NCBI RefSeq assembly: GCF_016835505.1
Contig: NW_024382994.1
Coordinates: 1 to 50,000 of the forward strand
Direction of reading: 5' to 3'
Source of the DNA: Polypterus senegalus
Lineage: Eukaryota
Length of the DNA: 50,000 bases
How positions within the stretch are numbered: the first letter of the stretch is position 1; each line of letters begins with the position of its first letter. The position numbers and the translations under genes were made by a program. The notes beneath the pieces were generated by a model that was not told the DNA's origin, searched no databases, and was given only the letters and a program-made list of their open reading frames with translations. Shown here one piece after another: positions 23,701 through 35,585 of this stretch.

Positions 23701-26057
23701 GACTTCACGCTAAAAAAAAAAAACAAAACATCTGTAGTTTATTACGGCAACGACGTACTTCGTGAGATCCTCCTTTGTTTAAAGTTATTAAGGCTGCACC
23801 GCGTACTTGCATGCGTACGTGTCCGTAACTTCATGTGACGCTTTAACGCTGTTACGGTTAATTGGAAATGATTATGAGAACAGATGGAGGACTATAGTGG
23901 GGAATTTTCAACTGTTTGTTAGCCAACTGTATTATCGTGGTATTTCCCTCTACTTGCCTTTTACCTGTTTCCTCAAAGGTAAGTGTTCTCGTCAAGTTCG
24001 TTATCGGGTTGGTCTACTGTTGCACTTTAAGATGAACACACACACAGACCCTAACCACAACAGTGCTCCATGAATGACACACACGCGCTGATTAACCCCT
24101 AGCACTTTAAACCACACAAGTGCTATAGGAATAACAGCCTGTCATTCAGCACTTCAAGAGACTTACTTATTCTCGGCACGAACAACAATACGATGTTTTA
24201 GTGATATCTCAGACCTAAATATTACTTTTGGTCTACTAGAATACATTTAAACATACAAAGACTCAGCACTCTTGACTATAAGCCATTTATCAGCCAAGAA
24301 TACCTTCTTTATCGTATCTGTCCCTTCTGTTGAGTATAGCGCTCTTCACTCTCAGCCATATAAACCTCGCAGCACAGAAATAATGGCAAAATTCCGGCTG
24401 TCACCAGGTGCTCAAAGAAATCTAACTTATTACTTCAATCACTCTAGACATTAAGACAAAGCACTGAAAGTTAAAAGCAGCAGGGTATTTATTACAAGAA
24501 TAATAATAATACCACAAGAACAAAGAATACTAGAAAATAGGTACTGATAGGAAAGTCTGAATATACGTATATAGTCTTTAGAAAAAGCTTACGAAAAAGT
24601 TACAGATGACAAGGATGAATGTCCCAGGGAGGCGTTTGATTTAGCAATCAATGTTCATGATGCCTTTCTGACGACCAGGGCCGTCTGCGTCCGTTCCTCT
24701 TCTTCTTTCTTCTTCTCCCTTTGCTTCTCTTTCTTCTCCCTTTGCTTCTCTCTTCTTCTTTCCAAACCAAGGCCTATTTATTATGAAATGTCAAGCCTTG
24801 GTTTCACAACACATGCACCTGATTGGCTGGCTGTCCAAATGATTGATGAATTAATTCACTGTCCGTTTTCCCACACAACAAAACCTTTGATGTACTCGGA
24901 GGCATCAGTAGTTCTTCCTGTCCTAGGCCATAAAGCAAATTGTTGTTCCAGATGTCCATCCATCAATAGCCTGAGGTATCAGCTCAGCATCCTTTCCCAG
25001 GCTATAAAACCAAATTAGCACAAAGCTATGAACAAGTGTTATAAAAGTAAGGTGTAAGGGAAGAAAACCTGCTTTAATTTGTTAATTTCATCTGTTGTCT
25101 TGTCTTGAACAAAATATAATGGAAACCAAAATGTACAGATTTTATACACCATAACACCAACTATTTCCATAAAATTATAAATGAGTAATTGTGCAGTCCT
25201 GCTTATTTCAAAGGAGGGGAAATGAACAGTTTTCATCAAGATACAAGTTGTAATGAATCCTGAATGTCAGAGAAAGAGAAGAAATGTCTGGAAATAGCTG
25301 AACTTCAGTCTGGTAACCCTTTACTTATTTTTGTTTTCTTTGTTTCTTTTCCAAAAAGCACACAGGATACCAGAGATGAGCGGCTACATCCGAAGACTGA
25401 ATGGGTGAGTTCAGACTCCGAGCTGTCCAGCATCTATCTATGTGTCCATTATTCTAGGCTAACCCAACACCTCACCACCGCCATCTCTGCCTTTTGTCTT
25501 GTTTTTCTATATAGCGCCTTTTATGATGCAACTCATAAGGTACCTGACATGCAGTGAAATTTACATTGGGGGCCATAAGTGTGTGTGTGTGTGGAACTCT
25601 GATTGACGCAGCATGGGGCAGCAGTGTGATGTCATTTCATCTTTTGAAAATTTTTTTTGTTCTTTTTCAGGTGCAGATCTTTGCATGAGATCTTTATCTC
25701 TCTCTCTCTCACAATTTGAAATGAATTCACTAAAAGATCTGTTCCAATGAATAAAAACGCTACAACAAAATAATTCCCAGTAATCCTGAACAGTAGCACA
25801 TTGAGTAATATACAGGGGGTCCAGATGTAATTATGCTACTTTTAATGCAATGCACCTCGGAAACATTACCCGTTATCGAGAAAAGGCGAACACATCGTAC
25901 TCGTTGTTCGACTGACAACAATCTCCCCGCCATTTTGGAATGCAAGGCAGGTGCTGCCATCTATCGGCAACAAAAATATTTTTTTGTGAATCCTCTATGT
26001 AATAAACTTAAGTTATAGCGTAATGAAAATTGCATAATTAGATCTGAACCACCCTAT

Positions 26058-26640
26058 ACATAGTAAACCAGTAACTGGGCACTGCTATCATGATAACGTA
26101 CAGTGAATCCACTTGACTTGACCATTCCTAGTTTTCCTCCACTTTCTCTGTACATTTAGCATTCGTTTGCTCAGCTTGCTTCTTCCTGAGCAGCTCTTCT
26201 TTTCGCCACCCTAGCGGCCCGCTTCTTCTCTTGTTTCGTTAAAACTAATTAAGTCAGTGTTTGTGTTGCAATTGCTTAGTACATTTTCTTCAATTTATTC
26301 ACTTAAGCTGGCACTTAAATCATTCTTGAGGCAGATTGAAGACTTAAGATATGAAGAGTTGGGGGAAGTGATGGCGATGGTGAAGGCGGTAGGGATGAGA
26401 ACGGCGCCCATACACATGTGCCACACGGGCGCCCTGCTGCGCGAGGCAGAAAGTTGATTCTACAATAAAATAAAATAATAATAAAAAGAGGAATAACCTT
26501 GGATGTCAATCATCACCCTGAAAGTGGATAGCAGATGTGTACCAAATTTCAGGTTAATAGTTCAAACGGTTTACCAGGTGATTTAAAATCCTGGACAGAC
26601 AAACGGACAGCCACGGTAGCGTATTCTATATAAAGACTAA
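26058..26640 (+). repeat. unclassified ~580 bp repeat, copy A (inverted relative to copy B at 35050-35585)
   Basis: Blocks such as cacttaagctggcacttaaatcattcttgaggcagattgaagacttaag and ggtgatttaaaatcctggacagacaaacggacagccacggtagcg are reverse complements of copy B over the whole length. Confidence 0.7.
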
Positions 26641-26927
26641 CAATTTACAAAACCTTGAATTCCCATTCAACCTGCGCCCTTAAATTAATAGACACAAAGG
26701 TATAAGCAGGGCAGATATTCACTCCCTCGCACGCTACCCGTCTCTCCTTCTTCCCAATGCCTTTGTTTAGGTTGGGCCCAGTTTGGACTTATTCACATTT
26801 TAATGCTCGAGGAGTTGGCTGTTTTTTTTGTTTCGGCCTTGAACTCCAAGAGATTTATTTTCCTCCAATATTTGTGCAGCCTGGAGTTTTTGTTTCCCTT
26901 TCCTCCCTGGCTATTTGAACATAGTAT

Positions 26928-27256
26928 CCATCCATCCATTTCCTAACCCACTGAATCCGAACACAGGGTCACGGGGGTCTGCTGGAGCCAATCCCAGCCA
27001 ACACAGTGCACAAGGCAGGAACCGATCCTGGGCTGGGTGCCAACCCACCGCAAGACACACACAAACACACCAAGCACACACCAAGCACACACTAGGGCCA
27101 ATTTAGAATCGCCAATCCACCTAACCTGCATGTCTTTGGATTGTGGAATGAAACCGGAGTGCCCGGAGGAAACCCACGCAGACACGGGGAGAACATGCAA
27201 ACCCGGGTCTCCTAACTGCGAGGCAGCAGCGCTACCACTGTGCCACCGTGCCGCCC
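26928..27256 (+). mobile_element. full-length SINE copy with perfect 12-bp target-site duplication tgaacatagtat (26916-26927 and 27257-27268)
   Basis: The TSD flanks the head ccatccatccatt and the tail ccgtgccgccc. The copy is intact and little diverged. Confidence 0.85.
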
Positions 27257-27536
27257 TGAACATAGTATGATGTGTCAAATTGGACATTAATGTTTGCGAC
27301 TATTGCTGTTTAGATATCTTTGTCTTTCTAGACCACGGGTGTTGAACTCTGGTCCTGGAGGGCCGCAGTGGCTGCAGGTTTTCATTCTAACCCTTTTACT
27401 AATCAGTTTTTGCTGCTAATTAACTTCTTTCCCCTTCATTTTCATTGCCCTGTTTTTAAGGATCGAGACCACTGAATTGATTCCTTTCTTCAATAAATGA
27501 CAGCCAAACAGAAATGAGACGTGAGATGAGCCAACA

Positions 27537-27557
27537 AAGATAGATAGATAGATAGAT
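27537..27557. repeat. (GATA)5 microsatellite
   Basis: Visible as gatagatagatagatagata. Confidence 0.85.
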
Positions 27558-29103
27558 ACTTTATTAATCCCAAGGGGAAATTCACATAATCCAGCAGCAG
27601 TATACTGATACAAAGAAACAATATTAAATTAAATAGTAATAAAAATGAAAAAAATAAAAATAAAAAAGCACACAATAACTTTGAGTAACCAAGTGACCAG
27701 TTAAACTGGGATTTCAAACTCCATCCAACTTTCACTCCAACCAATCCCTTAATGAGAAGCCAATTCTTTCTGTTAATTAAACCCGTTATTTAATTCCACG
27801 GCTTGTTGCCGCTCTCATTCTGTCACAGCAGACATTTCCAAAAACTGTTGATTTTTCTGTTTATTTACAAGATGTTTTGGTGACCTGAGAGATCAACCTG
27901 ACCGAGACCTTCACCTTTCTTTATTTTCAGGTTAGCTGGTCGTGTGGCGGCTCGTTTTGTGTCTCATTATGGTTTGGGTTCTCATTAAGGAAAAAGAGAC
28001 AACTAAGGGGTCGGAGTCAAGTTATTTAAAACTAAGGCAAAAGAACTTAATTAGCAGCAAAAATGGCTCACTAATGAAGAAGATGGTTAGAGTGAACACC
28101 TGCAGCCACTGCGGCCCACCAGGACTGGAGTTGGACACACGTGTTGTAGATTTGTCAGTTGTAACACACTTTCAGCTGCAGTTTTTTTAAAATAATGGTC
28201 GTTGTTTGTGCTATTAGGCTTCCAGTTCTAGTTTTATAAAAATGTGATGTGGGGGTGAGAGTCCCCTCATCTTAGACAGTTAAAAGGACGGTCCGCCTGC
28301 AGTCACTGATGGGGAGGCGTCTTTTTAATTTCAACCCTTGTATTTGGAAATAAAGCCTTAAAACAGAACAGAACACAGTCAAACAAATAAAAACAACACA
28401 GCAGGTACAACCGTCTGCCTAAAAACAATCCATGAAACTCTGCATTAAAGCTGACGGGGCTTTTTGAGTCGAGAGCCTACTCTAAAATGGACGTTTGAAT
28501 GGAATAAAACCGCAAGTGAAATGAACAGATTGACTACGGGCCTGGGGCATTTGTTTTAGAATTATTAAAGTTCTAAACAGATCCTTATAAAGAGACTTTG
28601 ATTTATAGATAATGTAGAATATCACTGCAACACTGATTGGGACCTTCTAGTTGAGCAGAGTGAACCTCCGTGTGTGTCGTGTGGCACTTTGAGCTTCGTC
28701 ATTTGTATGAAAATGTGCAATTTAAATAAATGGTGTTGGTGTTTAAGATATTACTACCAGTTTTTCATAGCACACTTTTTTCCCCATCTGGTATCACTCC
28801 AAATATGACCGTTGCGAGTGAATTTAAATCCAAGGCTGTCTAGGAGGTAAACCAGTTTGAAAAATATAACATTATATTTGTATAAGTGTTGAACGTGATT
28901 TGTTTCTATGACAGAGAACGGTTTCCCTGTGGGTCCAAGCAATTCATTTCAGTCTCTCCTTTAATATCCCTCCCCAATTTTTTTAAATGTATTTATTTTA
29001 GTGCCCCCATATTTTCCGCCCCCTCCTTATTTGTGGCTTTTTGCAGTTTCAGATAATCCACTTCACCCCGGCGTGACTGGGACTCGGCTCTGCTGGCATT
29101 GTG

Positions 29104-29334
29104 ATGGCAGTGAGTATCATGACGGTCTCCCGATGTTGCTGCTCTTCCTCAGCTGTCCGTGTTAAGTCAGCCTCTCCCTCCCTTTCTCCTCAGTCTGTCA
29201 CGCCCTCGCTGTCAGCCCTGCAGATTGTCTCCGTTTCAGGCCTTTCACTACCCCTTCCCGCCATTGTGTTGATTGCCGTGGCTGCCTATCTGCTCCTTGT
29301 TTTGCTGATCCTTTGGCTGCGCCAGTGCATCCAG
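29104..29334 (+). CDS. coding exon of a small cysteine-rich single-pass membrane protein (MAVSIMTVSRCCCSSSAVRVKSASPSLSPQSVTPSLSALQIVSVSGLSLPLPAIVLIAVAAYLLLVLLILWLRQCIQ)
   Basis: The ATG has good Kozak context (gtgATGg). A strong acceptor context (ccccctccttatttgtggctttttgcag|tttcag) lies 50-60 nt upstream, suggesting an upstream 5' UTR exon. Donor is CAG|GTAAAT at 29335. The exon encodes a Ser/Pro-rich stretch followed by a ~24-residue hydrophobic helix. The phase-0 junction is compatible with the next exon. Confidence 0.5.
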
Positions 29335-32300
29335 GTAAATTCAAGTTCACATTTCTTGTCATATGTACTGAATGCAATGAAATTTTTACTTGCATGCCTC
29401 CTCAGAGCAGTGACAGTAATATAAGAGCAACAAAAGACAAACACTAACCTGTTTGTAGGGCCCTTCTTGTCCCGTGTTTCGAGTCCAGTGGACGTCTCCC
29501 TTGTGTGTGCTATGAACACATCACCACTCTCCAGCACCAGGATTAGTGAACAGAACTACCTCACCTCAGAACATCTGTCATTTATCATTAACAGACAAAG
29601 AGAATAAGGAAATTACAGAAATTAGAAAGTGGATGGATCAATGAAATTATGATAATTGTCTGCTTTATCCCCATCTATGACCATGTGGGCTGTGCTCCAA
29701 GCTCCCATCCAGCTTGTGGGAGCTCTTGGACCCGACACCATCGGTAACGTCACCAATGAGCTGGACAGTGTGGCACAACAAAGCAAGGGGATGGTGCAAA
29801 GAGTGCAAAGTGCTTTTAGTTTAAAAATCAACAAAACCGTGTTCAAATAAGTAGTGCAGTGCTTCAAAAATCTTCAGATAAATAATCCAATTAAAACAAG
29901 TGAACAGTGGAGGTTGAAAACACAAAAGAAAAAAAAATCCTTTTAAAACAATGGCTGGAAGCAGTCTTTTTAAAACAAAGCCCGGTGCCTACTTTTACTG
30001 GTGACTCCCCTGTTTCTGCCATCCTGGCTAGTCACCCAACACGCAGCTGACCACCTTCGTTTCTCTGGTCTGGTGGCCTTTCCGACTCCTCGCTCCAGTT
30101 CTGTTCACCCAGACCGAGACTTGGGCTCCCCAGCAACCAGGACACTCACGCTGGGGCTTCCACTTCCCAAGTCCCCGACTCCCACTGCCTTTTGCTGCGG
30201 CGAGCCTACCTTCTCCCGGTCACTCCCGCTCTAAACAAACACTCAGCAGGAGCGAGCACTACCGTCGGCCCTCGGGTGCCAGCCAAACACCCCACTCGGG
30301 CTCGACTCTCCTGTACCAGCTTTCTCCTTCCTGCTTCCTTCTCCATTAACCTCCTTTCACGTTCTTTTTTTTTTTTCTTTCTCTCTTTTACCCCCGGCCC
30401 TCATCCGCCTCGCGCTTCTATTATATCATGTGGCAATTCGCAGCTCCTGGCATCAATTACAGATGCGGACGACTCCTCACCTGTGCACTTAAGCGAGGAC
30501 CGTCCGCATTACGAATTCACCCAGGAACCTGCTGCAGCCACACTACCACGACCCCTCTCTAAGCCACGAGTGTGGCGACTATTTATTTAAAAAGTGGCCT
30601 TTTTGACTTGAGCTGTGGACCCGCTACACCACACCATCCAGAATAGCAGAGACAGCACAGTTAGCACTGCTTCTAGAAAACAGGATCAGATTCTGATTGT
30701 AGGCCTAGCAAACCTTAACTGGATTATACTGTGTGCACATTAGGTGTATGGACACCTCTAAGTTGGCCTAGCATGAACGAATGAGAGTGTCTCCATAAAT
30801 GTGCCCTCCAACGGACTGGTGGCACATTTAAGGGTTGGTGCCTGTCTTTTAGGAAAAGCTGTTGGGATAGGCAGTGCTCCACGGCAAAATACAGAAATGG
30901 AGCAAAAGAAAGTAAAAATAAATTCATACAACCATCCCTGGATGAGAACACGCAAAACACTTACTCACAGTAGGCCAATTTAGCAGTTCATTCAGAGCGT
31001 GACAAGAAGTAAAGCTAATAGCAATGGTATCAAAAGCACGTTTAATAGAAATCTTATATATAAACATCTACATATGAAAGTGTGTGTCTGTCTATCTGCC
31101 CGGCCCGGAAGTGCCAGGCTACAGCAGTGAAGCTGAAAGAGCCAGCAAGGCAGCCCCAAGACAAACTCACTTACCTGCTGATACACAACGGGGCGAGCAC
31201 GTCCAAAAAAACAGAACCGCCAACTCTGCATTTCAATTTCTGACGATTTCAATAGTTTCTAGGAGCCTGGGCTTACATAAGTAGTATTATATAAAGGTTG
31301 AGGTGATTATTAATACAATACAATACAATTAATTTGTTGTATAGCCCAAAATCACACACAGAGTGCCGCAATGGGCTTTAACAGGCCCTTGCCTTTTGAC
31401 AGCCCCTCAGCCTTGACTCTCTAAGAAGACAAGGAAAAACTCCAAAAAAAAAACCAAAACAATGGAAGAAACCTTGGGAAAGGCAGTTCCCCCTATCCAG
31501 GTAGGTTGGGTGGGCAGTGGGTGTCAAAAAAAAAAAAAATGGGGTCAATACAACACAATACACAGAACAGGATGCAACAATTCATAATAACCATTATCAC
31601 TGTCAAGAATGTCATGAGTGTAATGACCAGTAATTTGATCATGAAAGCCTTTATTTTATATACGTCACATAACGTCACATAACCTGCTGGATGTCTTTTT
31701 GTATGAAATATCACCCCATGGTGGTTGGTGTGGACAAAGGTTCGAGACAACAGCAGGCAGACACCGATTCACACAAGCAGAATTCTTTTTATTCTTTCTT
31801 TTCTTGGTGAGCAGAGAAATCTGTGCAGACCCTGTCAGCTTGTCATTGACAATTTCTAATCACAGACCCTTACAGTAGGCTTTTATATCCTTTTTTTTTT
31901 CTTCAGTACACACTTATCTTATAGTTGCAGCTTTACTGGTGGAGTAACTTCTTGTTTGTTAATTAAGACAGGGTGCATCTTCCTAAGGGCTGACACACCC
32001 TTCATCCACCTCTTCCTACTTAGCTTGCGGCTATTTTCTACGCCCAGGCTCTAACCTTTTAACTTTCCTACATCACATACCCTAACAATCTTAATGCATT
32101 CATAGGGTTAACACAAAGAACTCTTATACTTGCAGATATATACATTTTCTTAGCATCAGCTGGTTTGCATAACATATTTTCCAACCACCAGAAAGCGCCC
32201 AGACAGTAATCGTCAAGGCGTTTCAGACTTGTTTATCTAAGTACCAAATGTTACAATGCACTTCGGTGTGGTCTCAAGATCTTCGTCCTCTCTTTTGGAC

Positions 32301-32902
32301 TAGGTCAAAAGGCCCTCAGCCCAAGATTCTTTGTTCAACTATTATTTAACATATTGATTCAAATTTTTATTATTCCACATTGGCAAAACAGAGAGAGAGT
32401 ACACATGATTACAAATTCATTTATTTTTTTGCAGTCGGACCCCATGCAGGTTTTTGTGATGTGCTCAGGGTCACACAGCAAATCACAAGTGGATGTTAAC
32501 CTGACCACCTTGTGGCACAAAGGCAAAGCGCGGACATGTGTCTCCTGCTGAATATCAATGTTAACTATCAATGGAGTTAGGTTTTTATCCACATTCCAAA
32601 GACAGGCTTATATGGTTTATTGGTGACTGAATGGCGTCCTGTTCTGTGTTGATTCCTGCCCAGCACCAGAAGCTGCTGCAACAGGCTCCTGTTTTGTGCA
32701 AGCCTGAACCGGATTAAGTGCAGTCAGGTGATGGATGGATGGATGATCAATATTGTACTCTTTCTCTGCATACGTCAAGCTTGTCGTCAGTAATCTCATC
32801 ATCAATATTTGTCTCCATGGAAATGACCCCTTTTGCTGTCTTCTTGTGTTTATTGCTATTGACAAGTAGGCGATGCTTAGCCCTCTCTGCTTGTCTTGCC
32901 AG

Positions 32903-33049
32903 TCTCGAGGCCTGTGTCCCGCCAGCTGCGACTGTGAGAAGGCCTGCCGCTGTGGACTGTGCGACTGCTGCCTGGCCTGTGCTGAGCTCTGTGACTGTAA
33001 GATGCCTTCCCTGAGGTCCTGCCTCAATGGCCTTTGCCCCAGATCTCCG
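32903..33049 (+). CDS. cysteine-rich exon (SRGLCPASCDCEKACRCGLCDCCLACAELCDCKMPSLRSCLNGLCPRSP)
   Basis: Acceptor is ctctgcttgtcttgccag|. Donor is the strong CCG|GTGAGT. The exon has 13 Cys in 49 codons. The antisense strand is low-complexity. Confidence 0.6.
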
Positions 33050-33147
33050 GTGAGTTCCTCAGTCTTAGGAGACGCCTGGCGTTGATCCTCTGCAACCTGC
33101 TGCTCACCTCGTGTCTCTCTCTCTCTCTCTCTCCTCTCGTCTTTCAG

Positions 33148-33249
33148 GACTGCACCGACTGTTGCCCAGTTTGTGACTGTGCCTGCACCTTTCAGCCCCC
33201 TGACTGTGAGAGCTGCAACTGTCTGTGCTTTGAAATCAAGATGAGATGA
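33148..33249 (+). CDS. terminal cysteine-rich exon (DCTDCCPVCDCACTFQPPDCESCNCLCFEIKMR, stop TGA 33247-33249)
   Basis: Acceptor is (ct)n ctcgtctttcag|. Phase 0 continues from the previous exon. The stop is followed by AATAAA at 33319. Confidence 0.6.
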   Translation, partial: DCTDCCPVCDCACTFQPPDCESCNCLCFEIKMR

Positions 33250-33318
33250 GCAGCGACCCACACACCCTGTAAATACTGATTTCCTTTTTATAAGAAAATG
33301 AATTACTTTTTTATAAAA

Positions 33319-33324
33319 AATAAA
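33319..33324 (+). promoter_or_regulatory. AATAAA polyadenylation signal for the cysteine-rich gene
   Basis: The signal lies 70 nt after the stop codon in an AT-rich context. Confidence 0.5.
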
Positions 33325-33439
33325 TTTGATTTCCATTTACCTTGTGTAAGCACAGTTTCACTTGTAAGGAGGTATGATCAGGCCAGCTGTGAAGCCATGC
33401 CAGTCACAACCCAAAATCTAATATGTAAACCTGAAAATG

Positions 33440-33625
33440 TGTGTGTATGCATGTGTGAGTGTGTGTGTGTGTGTGTGTCCGGTAAGCAAATCCACATCAC
33501 TGAACCTTTCTTCACCAGATTTTACAGGTTCCTCATTTATGCTGATAAACGCCATAGGCTGTGTCTTTGGACAGCGAGAGGAAACCCAGACCGACATGGG
33601 GAGAACATGTAAACTCCACACATGA
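33440..33625 (+). mobile_element. old diverged 3' half of the same SINE ((GT)n then ...ctgtgtctttggacagcgagaggaaacccagaccgacatggggagaacatgtaaactccacac)
   Basis: The 3' block matches the SINE ctgcatgtctttggactgtgggaggaaacccacgcagacacggggagaacatgcaaactccacgcag at about 80 percent identity. Confidence 0.5.
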
Positions 33626-34359
33626 AGGACAGAAAAACATAACAAACTGGAATAATTGCATCAAATATCTGAAATATTAAAATGTGTGCTTCAATTGAAA
33701 TATTTAAAATCTAAATATTCTCAATTGGAATATAAATGTCATTTTTCACCCTCTGCTAGAGGTCTGGATCCAAACCATACCAATTTCAAGCCTGCATTAT
33801 TCTAAGTAGGGTCACAAGGGGGCCGGAGCCTGTCCCAGCAATCATAGGCCACAAAGCAGGAACAGCCCCCCCTAGACAGGGTATGCCAGTCCATCAGAGG
33901 AAATTTATAATAAAAAATAAACTATTCATAATCACTGACCTTAAAAGAGTCTATAAAACGATACCCTACTACAATGTTATTTTTGAAATCCCTTCTAGGA
34001 TTGGCTGTTAGAGGGCCAGGACCACCGGTAAAGAATCGGATATCAAAAATGTGATCATATTTATGATGAGGAACCTTGAAACACCATAAAATGACACTCC
34101 TGTATTACCGATCCCCAAAGAAAATCTCTCACAGCTGACCTGGGGTTGGTGGATGTGGCAGCACAATGTCAGGTCCTTCTGATTTTATTTGTTGAAGACC
34201 CCTGTTGCTTTACTCTTTTATCTTAAACATGTCATTCCCTGCACAAAACGAGGTCCAGAAATTGCTTTAAAATGAGGGTTTTTCAGGTCCAGCGGGGGAA
34301 AAATAGGGCGGAACATCAAAAAGTGTGAGGATTTACACAACTAGGCATCAAGACCATCC

Positions 34360-34449
34360 ATCCATCCATCCATTTTCCAACCCGCTGAATCCGAACACAG
34401 GGTCACGGGGGTCTGCTGGAGCCAAACCCAGCCAACACAGGGCACAATG
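34360..34449 (+). mobile_element. SINE 5' fragment (~90 bp) flanked by direct repeat catcaagacc
   Basis: Only the head region is present. An identical 9-10 bp sequence lies immediately before and after the fragment. Confidence 0.6.
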
Positions 34450-34537
34450 CCATCAAGACCAGCTGAATGGAATTCCTTTATTGACATCACACACAGAGTA
34501 CCATGACATTCAATGGGCAACTCCTCCATAAAATCTC

Positions 34538-35050
34538 TGCATTTATAAAATCCAACATCTGTCTGTCTGCTTTACACGAGAGAACTACTTCACGGATTTA
34601 GATAAGAATTTTTGTCTGTAATTTGCTTGAATATTCTGGTTGATTTTGTGACTTCTCTTATCGCACTAAAAATCATAGTTGGCTTGTGGTACCAATTCAT
34701 TTGCGTAAATCTGAAAGATACATCAGGACGAGGATCTCCTCACATACTCCAGCCTCAGGGAGTATCTTACATCCGCTTAGCTAGCGAACGAGAGTACTAC
34801 TTCACAGACTTGGATCGGATTTTTTTTTTCCTTTCTATAATTTGCTTGAACATACCATTTGATTTTGCGGCTTCTCTCATTGTGCTAAGAATCAGAGTTC
34901 ACCTGCAGGAGTGATATATTTGCGCTAATCCGAGAGAGAGGCTGCGGGCCGAGGGGAGGAGGAATCGTGACATCAGGAGTGGGGAGCTGGGCGGGGGCCC
35001 TCCTCGCTGTCCTGTTTCACCACTACGTGGACAGAGCCGCGAGGGACGGC
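34538..35050 (+). repeat. repeat U copy 1 (contains an internal ~180 bp duplication)
   Basis: It is a direct repeat of 35585-35920. The internal units are aatttgcttgaa(t/c)at(t/a)c...gtgacttctc...atcatagtt(g/c)gcttg. Confidence 0.6.
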
Positions 35051-35585
35051 TGATCTTCTTATATATTACGCTACCGTGGCTGTTCGTTTGTCTGTCCAGG
35101 ATTTTAAATCACTTGTAGCTCACCGATTTGACTTGAAATTTGGTACACATATACTACGTGACGTCTACTATCCGCTTTCAGGGTGATGATTTTTATTACT
35201 CTTTTTATTTTTATTTTATTTTATTGTAGAATCAACTCTCGGCAGCGATCAGCAGGGCGTATGGGTGCCATTCTCATTCCCTACCACCTTCGCTAATCAT
35301 TCTACAGGCAGATTGAAGACTTAAGTGCCAGCTTAAGTGATAAATTAAAGAAAACAAACTAAGTAATTGCAACACAAAAACTAACTTAATCAGTTTTAAC
35401 GCAAAAAGATGCAGACAAATGAAGAGAAGCAGCAGGCCGCTAGGGTGGAGAAAAGAAGAGCTGCTCAGGAAGAAGTAAGCGCATCAACCTCTGAGCAAAC
35501 GAATGCTAAACGTACAGAGAAAGAGTCTGAAAACTAGGAATGGTCAATGGATTCACTGCACGTTATCGTGCAGTACGCCGTTACT
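35050..35585 (-). repeat. unclassified repeat copy B, located exactly between two direct copies of another repeat U (34538-35050 and 35585-35920)
   Basis: Reverse-complement match to copy A. The flanking U copies share ataaaatccaac(a/g)tctgtctgtc(t/c)gctttaca(c/t)gagagaactactt ... gtttcaccacta. Confidence 0.7.

Noticed and set aside
32617-33336. 239 aa ORF on the minus strand, the longest ORF in the window
   Set aside because: It is antisense to the GC-rich Cys-codon exons. It is low-complexity (RERERE, Q/S/R-rich) and shows no splice or polyA context. The + strand has strong splice sites and a terminal stop followed by AATAAA.
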